A DNA stretch of 64,000 nucleotides from Octopus sinensis (Eukaryota), in the NCBI RefSeq assembly GCF_006345805.1, contig NC_043005.1, positions 46,438,001 to 46,502,000 on the forward strand, read 5' to 3'. Positions 1-13,199 of this stretch are shown here, piece after piece. The translations under genes were made by a program, and so were the position numbers. Each line of letters begins with the position of its first letter. Within the stretch, counting starts at the first letter, position 1. The notes below the pieces were generated by a model. It was not told where the DNA came from, did no database searches, and was given only the letters and a program-made list of their open reading frames with translations.

Positions 1-1094
1 ATCTTGTCCGGCTGTTACCTGCATTCTATAGGTATTTCAGAGTTGACATGAGATAGCTACGAAATAGGTAGTGGTGGCTGAGACGAAGGCGAGGACTACT
101 ACAAGTTTTATATACAGTTGTCTTTTAATCTAGTTTTAGGTCTCCAATAAATTTGTGTATCGCATGATGATTTCTTCTCTAAGCAATAAGCAACTTTATA
201 GAGTCGATGTTTTACACAGTGCACAGGATTTGTGACAGGATATGAACTCGTGTTAACCTAAAACGTATGATACGTTATCCAAGCGGCCATGTCGCATAAT
301 CTAAAATGATAAAGTGTTGTAAAACTGTACGTTCGTTTATCTCTTCATTGAAGTCTTATTGCCCAGATAGATATATAAAAATATCAACTCGTAAATCACA
401 ACAACTAATCGAAGAATAAAATTGATGTTAGAAAGCAATTTATATTTAGGGGTAGATAGGTTTTTGAATTAAAACTGAAACCGTAACTTAAAGAGAAAAA
501 TATTATGATTGACAACAAACGGTCGTAATTTAGATTTTTATTGCGACCATCATGAGATTCAATTTAACTTCTGTTACAGGTTCCCTCATCAAGTTGCTGT
601 TGCTGTTGTTGTTGTTGCTATTGTTTAACCCGTGTTGTCTCGTTCATTTGTTGTTTGACTGCAGCTTAGCTCTGATCAAGTGGATGTATGATCAAAGACA
701 TTCACGTTATAATCTTTCTATCATGTTTTACACGGAAAATTTGTACCCAAAACGACAATAACTAATATACCTTCCCTTTTACACGATAATAAGTTTAAAT
801 TTCATGGAGATTTGACTGCTATTTCTGTCAGTAGAATGGCCATGTAGAGGAACACTTTCGTTGGCTCTTACTCTTGTTTGACTTTAAACATTTCTGATGA
901 ATTTAAACTCATTTATAATATCTTGTTACATGGTTTCCTCTTTACCTAAAATCAAAAAGTTTGAAATTTTTATTGTTGCTTAACTCTATTAATTTCCTTG
1001 ACTTTGAATTAGTAAAATTGAAATTAGGCTTATAAATGTGGCCGCACCAGTTACAAATGATCAAATTTCTCTCAAATTAATGCAAATATTTTTG

Positions 1095-1208
1095 TGAAGG
1101 CACGTGGCCAAGTGATTAAGGCGATGCGCTCACGATCAACAAATCGTAAGTTCGATTCGCGGACTGGGTGGTGTGGTGTGTTGTGTTCTTGAGCAAAACA
1201 CTTCATTT
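1095..1208 (+). mobile_element. tRNA-headed SINE type D, 5' head fragment
   Basis: gtgaaggcacgtggccaagtgattaagg...gttcgattcgcggac...gtgttcttgagcaaaacacttcatttca: A/B-box-like head, homologous to the full copy at 22811-23057. Confidence 0.7.
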
Positions 1209-1540
1209 CAAAGAACTAAACCAACGTTTCCTCTACATGTCGTAAAACGTAACAGAAAGATGTACACTCCGAATACGTAAAACCCTCCGCCATCAAAGAC
1301 TATCCAAACAGACCCATGAGCTGGAAAATTCTCGCCTGAGTGGTGCAAGAGTGTCATCCACCAAGAATAAGAACTCATCAACAAATGGTAGATGCAGGAA
1401 ATTGCTGTTATGTCGAATGCCCCCATATTACTACTACTTCAAATTTCTAACTTGTTAAAATTATCACTCCATTTCTTTGAATATCATTAGGGGTTTTCTT
1501 GACTTTTCCATGTAGGGTGGAGAGAGGATAATCAATTATA

Positions 1541-1901
1541 GGTGCAGGCGTGGCTGTGTGGTAAAAAGCTTGCTTCTCAACCACATGGTTCTGGGTTCAG
1601 TGCCACTGCGTGGAACCCTAGGCAAATGTCTTCTGCAGCCTCGAGCCGACCAAAGTTTTGTGAGTGGATTTGGTAGATGGAAACTGAAAGAATCCCGTCG
1701 TATATATGTGTATGCGTGTGCGTGTATCTATGTATGTGTGTTTACGTCCCCGTAAACTAGCGGTTCGGCAAAAGAACCGATAGAATAAGTACTAGGCTTA
1801 AGAGATAAGTCTAAGGGTCGATTTTTTCAACTTAAAGCTCTCCAATACGGTGCTCCAGCATGGCTGCAGTCAAATGGCTGAAACAAGTAAAAGAATAAAA
1901 G
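1541..1901 (+). mobile_element. tRNA-headed SINE type A, near full length
   Basis: Head ggtgcaggcgtggctgtgtggtaa...gggttcagtgcc, body ...ggcaaatgtcttc...gtgagtggatttggtagatggaaactgaaagaa, internal microsatellite, tail ...gcagtcaaatggctgaaacaagtaaaagaataaaag. More than 20 related copies or fragments occur in the window. Confidence 0.85.
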
Positions 1902-2195
1902 AATTAAGATATTTGGTATATGTCATTTGGTATACTCTCCGCTTAATTTCCATCTTTAAATTCATAGCTGAATCTCTTGAGCCCTTCAAGACGGTGCTCC
2001 AGCATGGCCGCAGTCAAATGGCTGAAACAAGTAAAAAAAAGTAAAAGAATAAAAGAATTAAGATATTTGGTATATATCATTTGGTATACTCTCTAATTTA
2101 ATCTTCGTCATTAAATTCAGTTGAATCTCTTGAGTTATTTCCCTTAGCTTATTTTTCTAACGGTTATTAGTATAATCCCAAAATATCTTTTGAGT

Positions 2196-2455
2196 AAGTA
2201 GCCCTCCACTGGGATTCGTATGTCCCTTGGGGATCCATATACGATTATGATGTTAAAATTCATGCGCAATAAATTGGGTATACTTCTACAGAACACCAGA
2301 TATCTTAACAATTCTTTTTATATACAATTCTTAATAATATTGAATAACAAAAATAAAAGATTTTTTGAACATCGAATAGCTATGAGGGTCCACTCCAGTA
2401 AAACTGGAATCAAAGGGGTCCATACGTAAAAAAAAAAAATGGTTGAGAGCCACTG
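2196..2455. mobile_element. Decayed hAT (Charlie-like) MITE
   Basis: Right end ggggtccatacg-(A)n-tggttgagagccactg resembles the hAT-Charlie terminal pattern; the left end (agtagccctccactgggattcgtatgtcccttggggatcc) is a degenerate counterpart. Confidence 0.4.
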
Positions 2456-2839
2456 GCCTATACAAATACCATCGTTATGGATCTGGCTAACACGATTCAA
2501 TGAAGATCAAAATATATCCGTAACTGTCACCTCGCACGCTAAAAAAAAAAGCACCCCCCCCCCACCAAGGTTTTCTTCCTAAGCACATTATCTAAGTCAG
2601 TGAAATTAGTTTTAAATGTTTGAAATAATCTCCCTGGCTCTCTCTCTCTTTCTCTCTCTCTCTCTCACTCTCTCTCTCTCTGTCGCTCTTTTAATGTTAC
2701 TTTGGTAAGAAGTTTGCTTCCCGACCACATAGTTCCGGGGTCGCTCCCACTGTGTGGCACTTTGAGCAAGTGTCTATAGCTCCAGGTTGGCCAAAGCCTT
2801 GTCGATGAGTGTGGTAGATGGAAACTGAAAGAAGCGTGT

Positions 2840-2880
<41 letters not shown>

Positions 2881-2882
<2 letters not shown>

Positions 2883-3244
2883 TTTTATTCTTTCATTTGT
2901 TTCAGTCATTTGACTGTGGTCATGCTAGAGCACCGCCTTTAGTCAAACAATTCGACCCCAGGACTTATTCTTTGTAAGCCTTGTACTTAATCTGTCGGTC
3001 TCTTTCGCCGAACCGCCAAGTTGCAGGGACGTAAACACACCAGCGATTATGGAGGAGGCATCAGACACACGAACATATATATATATATATGCTTCTTTCA
3101 GTTTCCGTCTACCAAATTCACTCACAATGCTTAGGTTGGCCCGAGGGTGTGAAAGATACCTGCCCAAGGTGCCACGTAGTAGGATTGAACTGGGAGCCAT
3201 GTGGTTGGGAAGCAAGCTTCTTACCACACAGCCACGCCTGCGCC
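2881..3244 (-). mobile_element. SINE type A
   Basis: Reverse-complement copy, from the tail tcttttattcttttcatttgtttcagtc to the head cttaccacacagccacgcctgcgcc. Confidence 0.85.
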
Positions 3245-3247
3245 TAT

Positions 3248-3312
<65 letters not shown>

Positions 3313-3842
3313 TGCATACATACATACATACATACATACATACATACATACACACATGTATGTATGTATGTATGTATGTATGTTTGTGTGTGTGTATCTT
3401 TGAATTTGCGTTTGTTATCTACCACCACTTGACAAATGGTATTGATTTGTTTCGTCCCCGTAGCTAATCAGATCGACAAAAGTGGTCCGATAGAATAAAT
3501 AACCGGCTTTAAAAATACATGTACTGGGGTCGATTTGTTCTACTAAAATCCTTCAAGGCAGTACCCCGGCATGACTAGTCTTTTGACTGAAACATATAAA
3601 AGGTTATTACTTTCTTTCACTGAGTGGGAGGTAAGTTCCAATTACTTTCAAATATCGTACCTATGCCTTTCAAGACAATTTATCTAATGACAGGACCAGC
3701 TTGCTTACTACTTTAAAATGGTGCATACTATCAAAAACTTAAATTGAAAGCGTATGAATTTGGTGTTTCTCTGTTGCACTCTCGTATTCTTTAAACAGTT
3801 AATTTACAAACAATGTTCAGAGATTCTAGCAGTAACTGAAGG

Positions 3843-4366
3843 CTAACACTTTAGCATCAAGATTACTTTGAATTCAGTATGCATTATCTTGTAGCTTTGA
3901 TATTACAGTGGCTCAGTGATTAGAGCGTCGGATTCTCAATTATGAGGATGTGAATTCGATTCCCGGACTGGTCTGTGTGTTGTGTTCTTAAGTAAGAAAC
4001 TTTATTTCACGTTGCTCCAGTTCACTCAGCTGTAGAAATGAGTTGCGATGTTACTCATTTCCTTTGGTTAACATCGGTGGCGTGGAAAAGGGAGGCATGT
4101 ATGCATGGATGACTGCTGGTCTTCTATAAGCAGCCATGCCTGGACTTATACCTTGAAGGGCAGGTTTCTAGGTATAGTTCCATAGTCATTCATGACCGAA
4201 GGGGGTCTTTACTTTTACTATTTTTTTGGATATTACAATTCTGTGATGTTATTTTCAGAATGACATTTTAGATTAGGTACGAGTGGTCGTATATCTGGCC
4301 AGTTTGAACATAAAAGAGGCAGGATATTTGGGCTGGATATAGTTAGTTTAAATGCAAAAGGGTTAA
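3843..4366. mobile_element. piggyBac-like MITE with a nested SINE (about 3905-4208)
   Basis: Left ctaacactttagcat and right atgcaaaagggttaa are degenerate inverted copies of ttaaccctttagcat (TTAA-CCC terminus). A tRNA-headed SINE lies between them. Confidence 0.5.
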
Positions 4367-4439
4367 GAATTGCCACTCTTAGTTAACTAAGTAAATTGTT
4401 CAATCACCGGACAGGTCAAAACTATATTTATGTAAATCA

Positions 4440-4637
<198 letters not shown>

Positions 4638-4731
4638 TGGTGGTGTATACGGGAAAGCAGATCTCAAAACAGTGCACGGAACTCTGAGCCCTGTACCACT
4701 TCGTAACTTCTGAATGTTAATAATGTGTGTG

Positions 4732-4763
<32 letters not shown>

Positions 4764-5427
4764 ATTGCATTATGCTAATCTTTTTCAACGATAAAAAATC
4801 GGTGAGAAAAAACGAAGGCTTGTGTTGTTTTAACACTTATCGAAAATATAGTGAATCGCTGATTGATCTATTGGAAGCCGGTAATCAACGAGGCTGTTGC
4901 TAACCATTTGAGATATTGAATAATAAATAGACAGGAACGCCTGACAGCTCTTCGTTTCTATTCTCTTCAACGCCTGAATATACATATGAAAATTCATATA
5001 CATATGGGAAAGTCTGTAGCAGCATTAGAGAAATCTTTAATTCACGAACTGGCAGATACTGTCAGCTTCCCAATATGCCACACACTATTGTACCAGTCTG
5101 ATAATTAGACGTCCTCAACTATTCAACTGCTTACTTAAAGAAGTTAGAACTAGAAAAGGAACTACAACTTAACCAAAAAGAAAAAAGAAAAGAAAAGAAA
5201 AAAGGATAAACTCTTAACGATGATACCAGAATAGCCATCCATTCAGGGATACATTCAGAGAAGATCAGCTGCTACAAATTCAAGTATAGACCAACTTCCT
5301 GCCATGAAGCAACAACAAAACCGATAGAAAATAAGTTAAGGCGGTGCTCCAGCATAACCGCAGTTCTGTGACTGAAACCATGAAAAGAAAAAAATAAATA
5401 AAATAACTCATCGATTTGATCCAAAAT

Positions 5428-5504
5428 AGTGACATGCCGGCCGGTAGCTTGTTCAAAACTTGAACAAGTGACATGCCGGCCGGTAGCTTGTTCAAAACTT
5501 GAAC
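5428..5504. repeat. Two tandem copies of a 39-bp unit
   Basis: agtgacatgccggccggtagcttgttcaaaacttgaac(a) starts at 5428 and again at 5467. Confidence 0.95.
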
Positions 5505-5599
5505 CAACTATCAAAATATTAACCTCTCTTTACTAATGCATACATTGGAAAGGAAATATCGTAGCAAGCGGAAACTCTAACTTTGGTTCCTTAAAGGTT

Positions 5600-6007
5600 T
5601 AATTCTTTATTGCCCACAAGGGGCTAAACATAGAAGGGACAAACAAGGACAGACAAACGGATTAAGTCGATTATATCGACCCCAGTGCGTAACTGGTACT
5701 TATTTAATCGACCCCGAAAGAATTAAAGGCAAAGTCGACCTCGGCGGAATTTGAACTCAGAACGTAGCGGCACACGAAATACCTATTTCATTACTGCCCA
5801 CAAGAGGCTAAACACAGAAGGGACAAACAAGGATAGACAAATGGATTAAGTCGATTATATCGACCCCAGTGCGTAAGTGGTACTTAATTTATCGACCCCG
5901 AACGGACGAAAGGCAAAGTCGACCTCGGCGGAATTTGAACTCAGAACGTAGCGGCAGACGAAATACGGCTACGCATGCTAACGTTTCTGCCAGCTCGCGC
6001 CGCCTTA
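5600..6007 (-). mobile_element. tRNA-headed SINE type B (internally dimeric) with a 16-bp target-site duplication
   Basis: Head aaggcggcg..gagctggcagaaacgttagc, and the body gttctgagttcaaattccgccgaggtcgactttgcc occurs twice. TSD tggttccttaaaggtt at 5584-5599 and 6008-6023. Confidence 0.9.
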
Positions 6008-6962
6008 TGGTTCCTTAAAGGTTATCAGCTCGTTTCTTTCGTAGTAAGGCATTAGAAAACAAATTCGAACGAACGCCAGGCAGGAAACAACCGAAAGATA
6101 TAATAGCCAATCTTTATGCTACCAATCGTTAATGATATTTTTTTACTCAAGTATCAGAAAGAAATAGATACCATTGGTTTATAATTGACTGAACATTAAA
6201 TTTATGATATATAAAATGTCTATGAGCCTTGGTAATTGATGAAAACCTAGTAAATCATGTTATGTTGTCTTTGTAATCTTATAATTAACCACTTAAATCG
6301 GTCAATATCTCATTATTCAAAGTAACGATATTAGAAATAAAGAGACGCGTTGCTATATGTCTTCAGTCGAATAAAGACATTTTCCTAATTCCAAGATTAA
6401 ATAGGCTTTGATACGTTACCTTATGATGTAAAAAACTCAATTTACAACTGATATATAATCGTATAATACGACGTTAGTGTAATCATTATGTGTTGGGAAT
6501 TAAATAGAAAAGAAGTTAGTCTATAAAAACTATCAAATTTGTTGCCAGCTCATTCGACTGGAATTGTTGATACATTGTATCCTTAAGGTTTCAAGAGAAT
6601 CAAGTAATCAAAAAAAATGTTTAATGTAATTATTTCAATTCGAAGACGATTTATTGCTAAAATATCGCACTTAATAGATTTATATCAAACTCAATTTGTC
6701 TTTTAATGTAAAATCTACAGCAGAAATTTCATTTTGACTTCAATTCCGACCACTAATTTTTCACAAACATGTTACACTTGGAAAGGAATCTTTTATATAG
6801 GCAATGTTGTACGAACGTTAGATACTGTGTATTTATGTTCCCTATGTGGGGAGAAAATATTCGGCTGATATTTAATTGGGAAAATGTTGATATAGCTGTT
6901 AACCTTTGAAATGTTGAGCAGCAGCCGCAGTACTGAAATATAAAGAATTTTATTTGGATTAT

Positions 6963-7188
6963 CCTTTGTTTCAGTCTCTGGACTGCGGCCACGCAGGGGC
7001 ATCGCCTTGAAGAATTTTTAGTCGAATGAATATGAATCGACCCCAGTCCTTTTCTTTGTTTCTTTTTTTTTTTTTTATTGGAAACCTGTATTTATTCTAC
7101 ACGTCCTCTTTGGCCGAACCTTTAACTTACCGCGATGTAAACACACTAAAACGGTTATCAAGCGGTGGCGAGGAACAAACACAGACGC

Positions 7189-7220
<32 letters not shown>

Positions 7221-7332
7221 ATATATATATGTATATATATATGAAGGGCTTATTCCGTATACCAAATCTTCCGTTTACCAAATCTACTCATAAGGCTTTG
7301 GTCGACCCAAACCTATAGTAAAAGACACTTCT
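6963..7332 (-). mobile_element. SINE type A, diverged and head-truncated
   Basis: gtttcagtc...gactgcggccacgcagggg...ccgaacctttaacttacc...taccaaatctactcataaggctttggtcgaccc matches type A. Confidence 0.75.
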
Positions 7333-7860
7333 TAACAACATGGGCTTGCTTTAATATATATTTACGCGTGAGTATCATGGCGAGAAAATGGGTAGAGTCG
7401 TTAGACCGTCAGTACTCGTTCCGGATGAGTTACCTTTTATCCTTTCGGTGTTGATAAATAGAGCTCCAATCATATACTGAGGTCAATTCTTCTCATTCTT
7501 TCGATCTATCTGTCCTTCTGTCTTCTATTTCTTCTTAGTAGTCTCTTGAGTCCGAAAAAGACGAGTCTGCAACTTCTTACTGAACAACCTGCATAGATGA
7601 TTTATTTATAACCATGAACTGTTTTTGCTGTACAAGGTATCCGGCTAACGATTGACAGGTTATGAGTTCGATTCTTGAGCAAGACAATTAATTTCACGTT
7701 CCTCCAATCAGCTCAGCTGCCAAAAATGAATAATGCCTGTATTTCTAAAGACCGGCTTTGCCACATTCTGTGTCACGCTGAATCTTCACAAGAACTATTT
7801 AAAGAGTACGCGTGTTCGTGAAGTGCTCAGTCATTGGCACGTTAATTTTCCGAGCAGGCT

Positions 7861-8337
7861 AAAGCGGCGAGCTGGCAGAAACGTAAGCATGCCGGGCGAA
7901 ATGCTTAGGGGTTGTTCGTCTACCATTATGTTCTGAGTTCGAATTCCTCCGAGGTCGACTTTGCCTTTCATCCTTTCGGATCGATTAAATAAGTACCAGT
8001 TACGCACTGGGGTCGATATAACCGACTTAATCTGTTTATCTGTCCTCTCTGTGTTTAGCCCCTTGTGGCTAGTAAAGAAATAGGTATTTCGTCTGTCTTT
8101 ACGTTCTGAGTTCATATTCCGACGAGGTCAACTTTGCCTTTCATCCTTTCGGGGCCGATAAATTAAGTATCAGTTACGCACTGGGGTTGATGTAATCGCC
8201 TGGGAGAGGCTAGTCGACTGCCCCCACCCAAAAAAAATTCAGGCCTTGTGGGGTCGATGTAATCGACTGGGAGGGGGCCAGTCGACTGCCCCCCTCCACC
8301 CCACCCCAATTCGGGCCTTGTGCCTAGAGTAGAAAAG
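7861..8337 (+). mobile_element. SINE type B inserted into a type C SINE
   Basis: Type C sequence at about 7735-7860 resumes at 8338-8405. Flanking duplication aattttccgagcaggc (7844-7859) / aatttcacgagcaggc (8338-8353). Confidence 0.85.
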
Positions 8338-9970
8338 AATTTCACGAGCAGGCAGTTCTGTTGATCGGATCAGCTGGAATTCTCGCCGTCGTAACAGATG
8401 GAGTAACAAACTTTTAGCTCACTCTTTTTATCAAAGTGTACTATGTGCCACGTATCAAACGTTGAAGTGACCACGTAACACCATGAGATGAAATGTTTTG
8501 CTGAAGAAAACAAAGCACCGGTCTGTCCTGGAATGGACTATTAACCATTTGGCCACGCTCCCTTTAGACTAAAATATAGCAGCATTTAGTGTAATCTGTT
8601 ACATTTTGTGTTCTAATCCTAGAGACGTCATTTTTGCATTTCCATTGTAATCGGCTGATGTGTGAAGTATTTGGTTTTGATGTTATTGTTCTTATGGCTG
8701 TTGTCATTAGCACCTAATCAGCTTCTAAAGGGCAGACCCACAACGAAGCACTTTCCAGCGTGATTGTTTTTCTCATATTTTGGTCTGTAGGACTACATTA
8801 CTATTCTGCTTTTCAGGAAGGCAGGTTATGACATGAGTGATATTTGTTTGCTGCTTTTAGCAAGCAGAGCGACTGAGTAATAACCGCTGGTTATATCGAA
8901 GTACGAGAAAATAAAATGGAATGAGGGAGCCACAAGATAAATGCCTTAAGACTTAGAATTTATCACAATGAAATTCAAAATGTTTGTGATTTCTTTACCA
9001 CAGAGTATAATTGGTGGGTACAAAGCTAAATCGAAACGGTAAAAAGTGAAAGTGTTTAGTTGAAGGCAAAAGTATTAGGATGGATGGATGCGAAAGAATA
9101 CAAACGAAAATGATTATATCGATTCGAGTATTTCACGTTTTCGAACTCAAAATGGTAAAAGATAAACCATCCCCTTCCTCTGTAAAACTTGAACCCAGAA
9201 CATAGACGAAACTAAACGACATATGATGTTTACTCTATGACGCCCTCTGCCATATACTTCTCAATAATCCATTAAGAATTATTATATTGATAAAGCAAAA
9301 GGAATTATTAAAGGAAGACGGGAAAAAGTCCCTGTGGTATATAAATATTCTGTGAACGTAGTTTTTGAAAGCATTAATATGGGAATATAATTGTCGATCG
9401 TCACTCATGTCAATATCAAATAAATAGTGACATTTATGACTTATCGACTTTACTGATCGGCCTGTATTAACCTTTTTGGCTGTATTTCAGAGAAATCTTC
9501 GTCAGAGGCTTGCGATATTGATTTTTTCAAATGAAAGAACATATTGGCACATCTTAAGAATCTCGGAGCAAATCCGTTCTTGTGTAGTATTTTTATAATA
9601 AACTATTTTGAATGAAACTACAAAAGGATTCCTAAATTTTATCACTGATTCGAAGCTTCGTATTACACACACACACACACACACATATATATAAGTCCAT
9701 GTACACAATCTGAACCTACACATATACACAAATGTGTGTGCGTACTCATACACACACACACACACACAGACACTCATGCGCATGTGTATGCATATATGTA
9801 ACTGTGTGTTTGTATATATACATTTGCACATACACACATGTGTAGTTTCGTTATTTTTCTATTTCGATGTTCTATATAATCTATCTTTTTTATTTCGATG
9901 TTCTATTATAATCTATCTATCTATCTATCTATCTTCCGACTTTTGTACACATGTATATATGTACATTCAT

Positions 9971-10014
<44 letters not shown>

Positions 10015-10232
10015 AAGGTGGCGAGTTGGCAGAATCGTTAGCACGCCGAGCGAAATGAGTAGCCGTATTTCGTCTGCCGTTACGTTCTGAGTTCAAATTA
10101 CACCGAGGTCGACTTTGCTTTTCATCCTTTCGGGGTCGATAAATTAAATACCAGTTACGCACTGGGGTCGATGTAATCGACCTAATCCTTTTGTCTGTTC
10201 TTGTTTGCCCTTGTGGGGAATAAAGGAATAAG
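10015..10232 (+). mobile_element. SINE type B
   Basis: aaggtggcgagttggcagaatcgttagcacgccg...gttctgagttcaaattacaccgaggtcgac...gcactggggtcgatgtaatcgac. Confidence 0.85.
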
Positions 10233-10398
10233 AAACATTAGCTTGAAAAATAAAGCCCTTTTTCAATGTCCTCATACTTCGTATTTCTTGTTGCTTATGT
10301 TTTGTGACGTTCTGTAACAACATATGTATATATATATACGTATAAATGTAAGCATGTACGTATATGTATGTATACATGCATATATATATATGTATACA

Positions 10399-10450
<52 letters not shown>

Positions 10451-10451
10451 A

Positions 10452-10752
10452 CCGTGACGAACCAGGCTATCAGATGTTGCTACACATCGCTGGTCCACAA
10501 TGGGCTTCGCATTGTTTTAGCCTTCAAATGACGCCACCTCGCTGGCTAAGCGACCAGGCCAACAGAAGAAAGAGTTAGAGAAAGTTGTGGCGAAAGAGTA
10601 CAGCAGGAATCACCACCACCCCCTGCCGGAACCGCGTGGAGCTTTAGGTGTTTTCGCTCAATAAACACTCACAACGCCCGGTCTGGGAATCGAAACCACG
10701 ATCCTACAACCGCGAGTCCACTGCCCTAACCACTGGGCCATTGCGCCTCCAC
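10452..10752 (-). mobile_element. SINE type C head and body with an RTE-like tail
   Basis: Minus strand: tRNA-like head gtggaggcgcaatggcccagtggttagggcag..., type C body, then tail ...gaccagcgatgtgtagcaacatctgatagcctggt..., homologous to the RTE 3' end at 29598-29642. Confidence 0.85.
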
Positions 10753-10757
10753 ACGCA

Positions 10758-10821
<64 letters not shown>

Positions 10822-10865
10822 TATATAATATATATATATAAAAAGAGTAAAAAAAGAAAAGAGTA

Positions 10866-10903
<38 letters not shown>

Positions 10904-11545
10904 TCATACATACATATATATATGACAGGCTTCTGTCAGTTTCCGTCTACCAAATCCACTCACAAGGCTTTGGTTGAACCGAGGCTATAATAGAAGACAC
11001 TTGACCGAGGTGAAGCGCTATGGGACTGAACCCGGAACCACATGGTTGGGAAGCAAATTCCTTACTATACAGCTACGCACACACACGCACACACACACAC
11101 ACACACACACATGCATACTAATGTTTACATATATATTTTTTTTTACTGTTTAAGCAGTGCTCCAATATGACCCTTAGTGTGACAGTTGAACCAAAGTAAA
11201 GAACATACATATACAAGTACCTGTATATGTGTGTGATTCGTGTACATGTGTACGTATTTGTGTATATATGCCTAGTTTGTCTTCTTGATTGCTGCTTTAG
11301 AATTCATTTTGACCGCCCACCTGCTCTGTATGATGATTGTAAAGAAAGCTATTCAGAAAATATATATATAAATAGATAATAAAAAAAGGATGTTATTCTT
11401 TTCGCGTGTGCTTGTGTATGGCCGTATATTTTCTCTTCTTGACTGGTGCTTTAGTGTCCATTCTGACCAGCCACCTGCTCGCTGGAAAGATTGCACGGAA
11501 AAGCAATTAGGAAAATATATGTGTGTTTGCGTGTGAGTGTGTTGA

Positions 11546-11578
<33 letters not shown>

Positions 11579-11763
11579 CACATACACATGTACACACGCA
11601 CACACACTTGTACATATACATATATGCGTACAAACATATATGTATATATGTGTGTGTGTGTGTACACACACTAATACATATAGAGTTAAAGAATCATATT
11701 CTTTGCTTTTCTTTGTGTGGCCATTCACCTTATGAATATCAAGAAGGCCTTGCAGATATTTTT

Positions 11764-11834
<71 letters not shown>

Positions 11835-12408
11835 ACACACACACACACACACATCGTGGAAATATACTTGCGTATAAATTATCACTATGTATTTTGACGT
11901 AAAAAAAATATTTACTTACTAATATGTACGTACATATGTGACGGCGGATTTTCTTAAACGACGAATTGTTATTAATATAAAAAGAGTATATTCGAACTAT
12001 TGTCCTCATCTTCATTGTTCTCACCATGGCATTTCGGCCTTTGTAAACCCTCCGGCCTCCATCCGATGACTCAGCGAAGTTGTCAGAATTTTGAAAAGAA
12101 AGCATTATTTTAGCCAGGAGTTGAGTGTTCGAATTCTGTGTATCTTAGCAAGGATTTTTTTCTTTTCTTTAAGTCATTCTCCTTCATGATACGTCACTTG
12201 ACCATTGTGCTTGATCAGGAGAATTAGGGTTAGGAAATTTGGGCCTTTTAACCTGACATTTTTTTATTTATTTAAGTAAGTGGTTTTAATTAAAACCTCT
12301 AATGTGGAACTCAGCTCTACATTCACACCACCATAGAGATGATATCAACATAGCTTCATCACTGTAAGACTGTGTGCAAACCTGTTTCGTTATAACAAAA
12401 ATTTACTT

Positions 12409-12567
12409 ACAGGAGTGGCTGTGTGGTAAGAAGCTTGCTTCCCAACCACATGGTTCTGGGTTCAGTTCCACTCTGTGGCACCTTTGGCAAGTGTCTTCTA
12501 CTATAGCCTCGGGCCAACCAAATCTTTGTGAGTGGATTTGGTAGACGGAAACTGAAAGAAGCCCGTC

Positions 12568-12605
<38 letters not shown>

Positions 12606-12826
12606 GTGTGTATATGTTTGTGTGTCTGTGTTTGTCCTCCCAACATCACTTGATAACCGATGGTGGTGTGTTTACGTCCCTGTAACTTGGCGTTTCGGAA
12701 AAGGAGGCCGATAGAATAAGTACAAGGCTTCTAAAGAATAAGTCCTGGGGTCGATTTGCTCGACTAAAGGCAGTGCTCCAGCATGGCTGCAGTCAAATGA
12801 CTGAAACAAGGAAAAGAGTAAAAAAG
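12409..12826 (+). mobile_element. SINE type A, full length
   Basis: acaggagtggctgtgtggtaagaagc ... internal (TA)n ... gcagtcaaatgactgaaacaaggaaaagag. Confidence 0.9.
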
Positions 12827-12857
<31 letters not shown>

Positions 12858-13199
12858 TGTATGTATGTATGTATGTATGTATGTGTGAGTGTGTGTATTT
12901 GTTTTCTGTGTTTTCGTCCCCGTAACTTAGCGGTTCGGCAAAAGAATTCGATAGAATAAGTACTAGGGTTACAAAGAATAATTCCGGGTGTCGATTTTTT
13001 TCTATTAAAGGCGGTGCTCCAGCGTGGCCGCAGTCAAATGACTTAAACAAGTAAAAGAGGATTTAGACTTTCTCATTCGCAAAATGAGCCCCTCTTAACT
13101 TTACTCAGATTGCTTTCAATTTTGGTGTATTGATGCAACTCTGAATTTTGATTATGATCAACCAATTAAAGAATCTGATGTTATTTGGAATTAAAGTTG

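Noticed and set aside
552-761. Poly-Leu/poly-Cys ORF after an acceptor-like ttacag
   Set aside because: Driven by a (GTT/GCT)n trinucleotide tract; no recognisable domain and no good donor site.
1541-1620. tRNA genes at SINE heads
   Set aside because: A/B-box-like heads run straight into SINE bodies without a complete cloverleaf; no functional tRNA gene is supported.
5428-5504. CRISPR-like reading of short direct repeats (also 62700-62930)
   Set aside because: No unique spacers, only two or degenerate units, eukaryotic context and no cas genes.
9470-9512. Minus-strand CTGACGA-AGA-tttc-TCT-GAAA hammerhead-like core
   Set aside because: No stem III and no UH triplet before the candidate stem I strand; likely chance.
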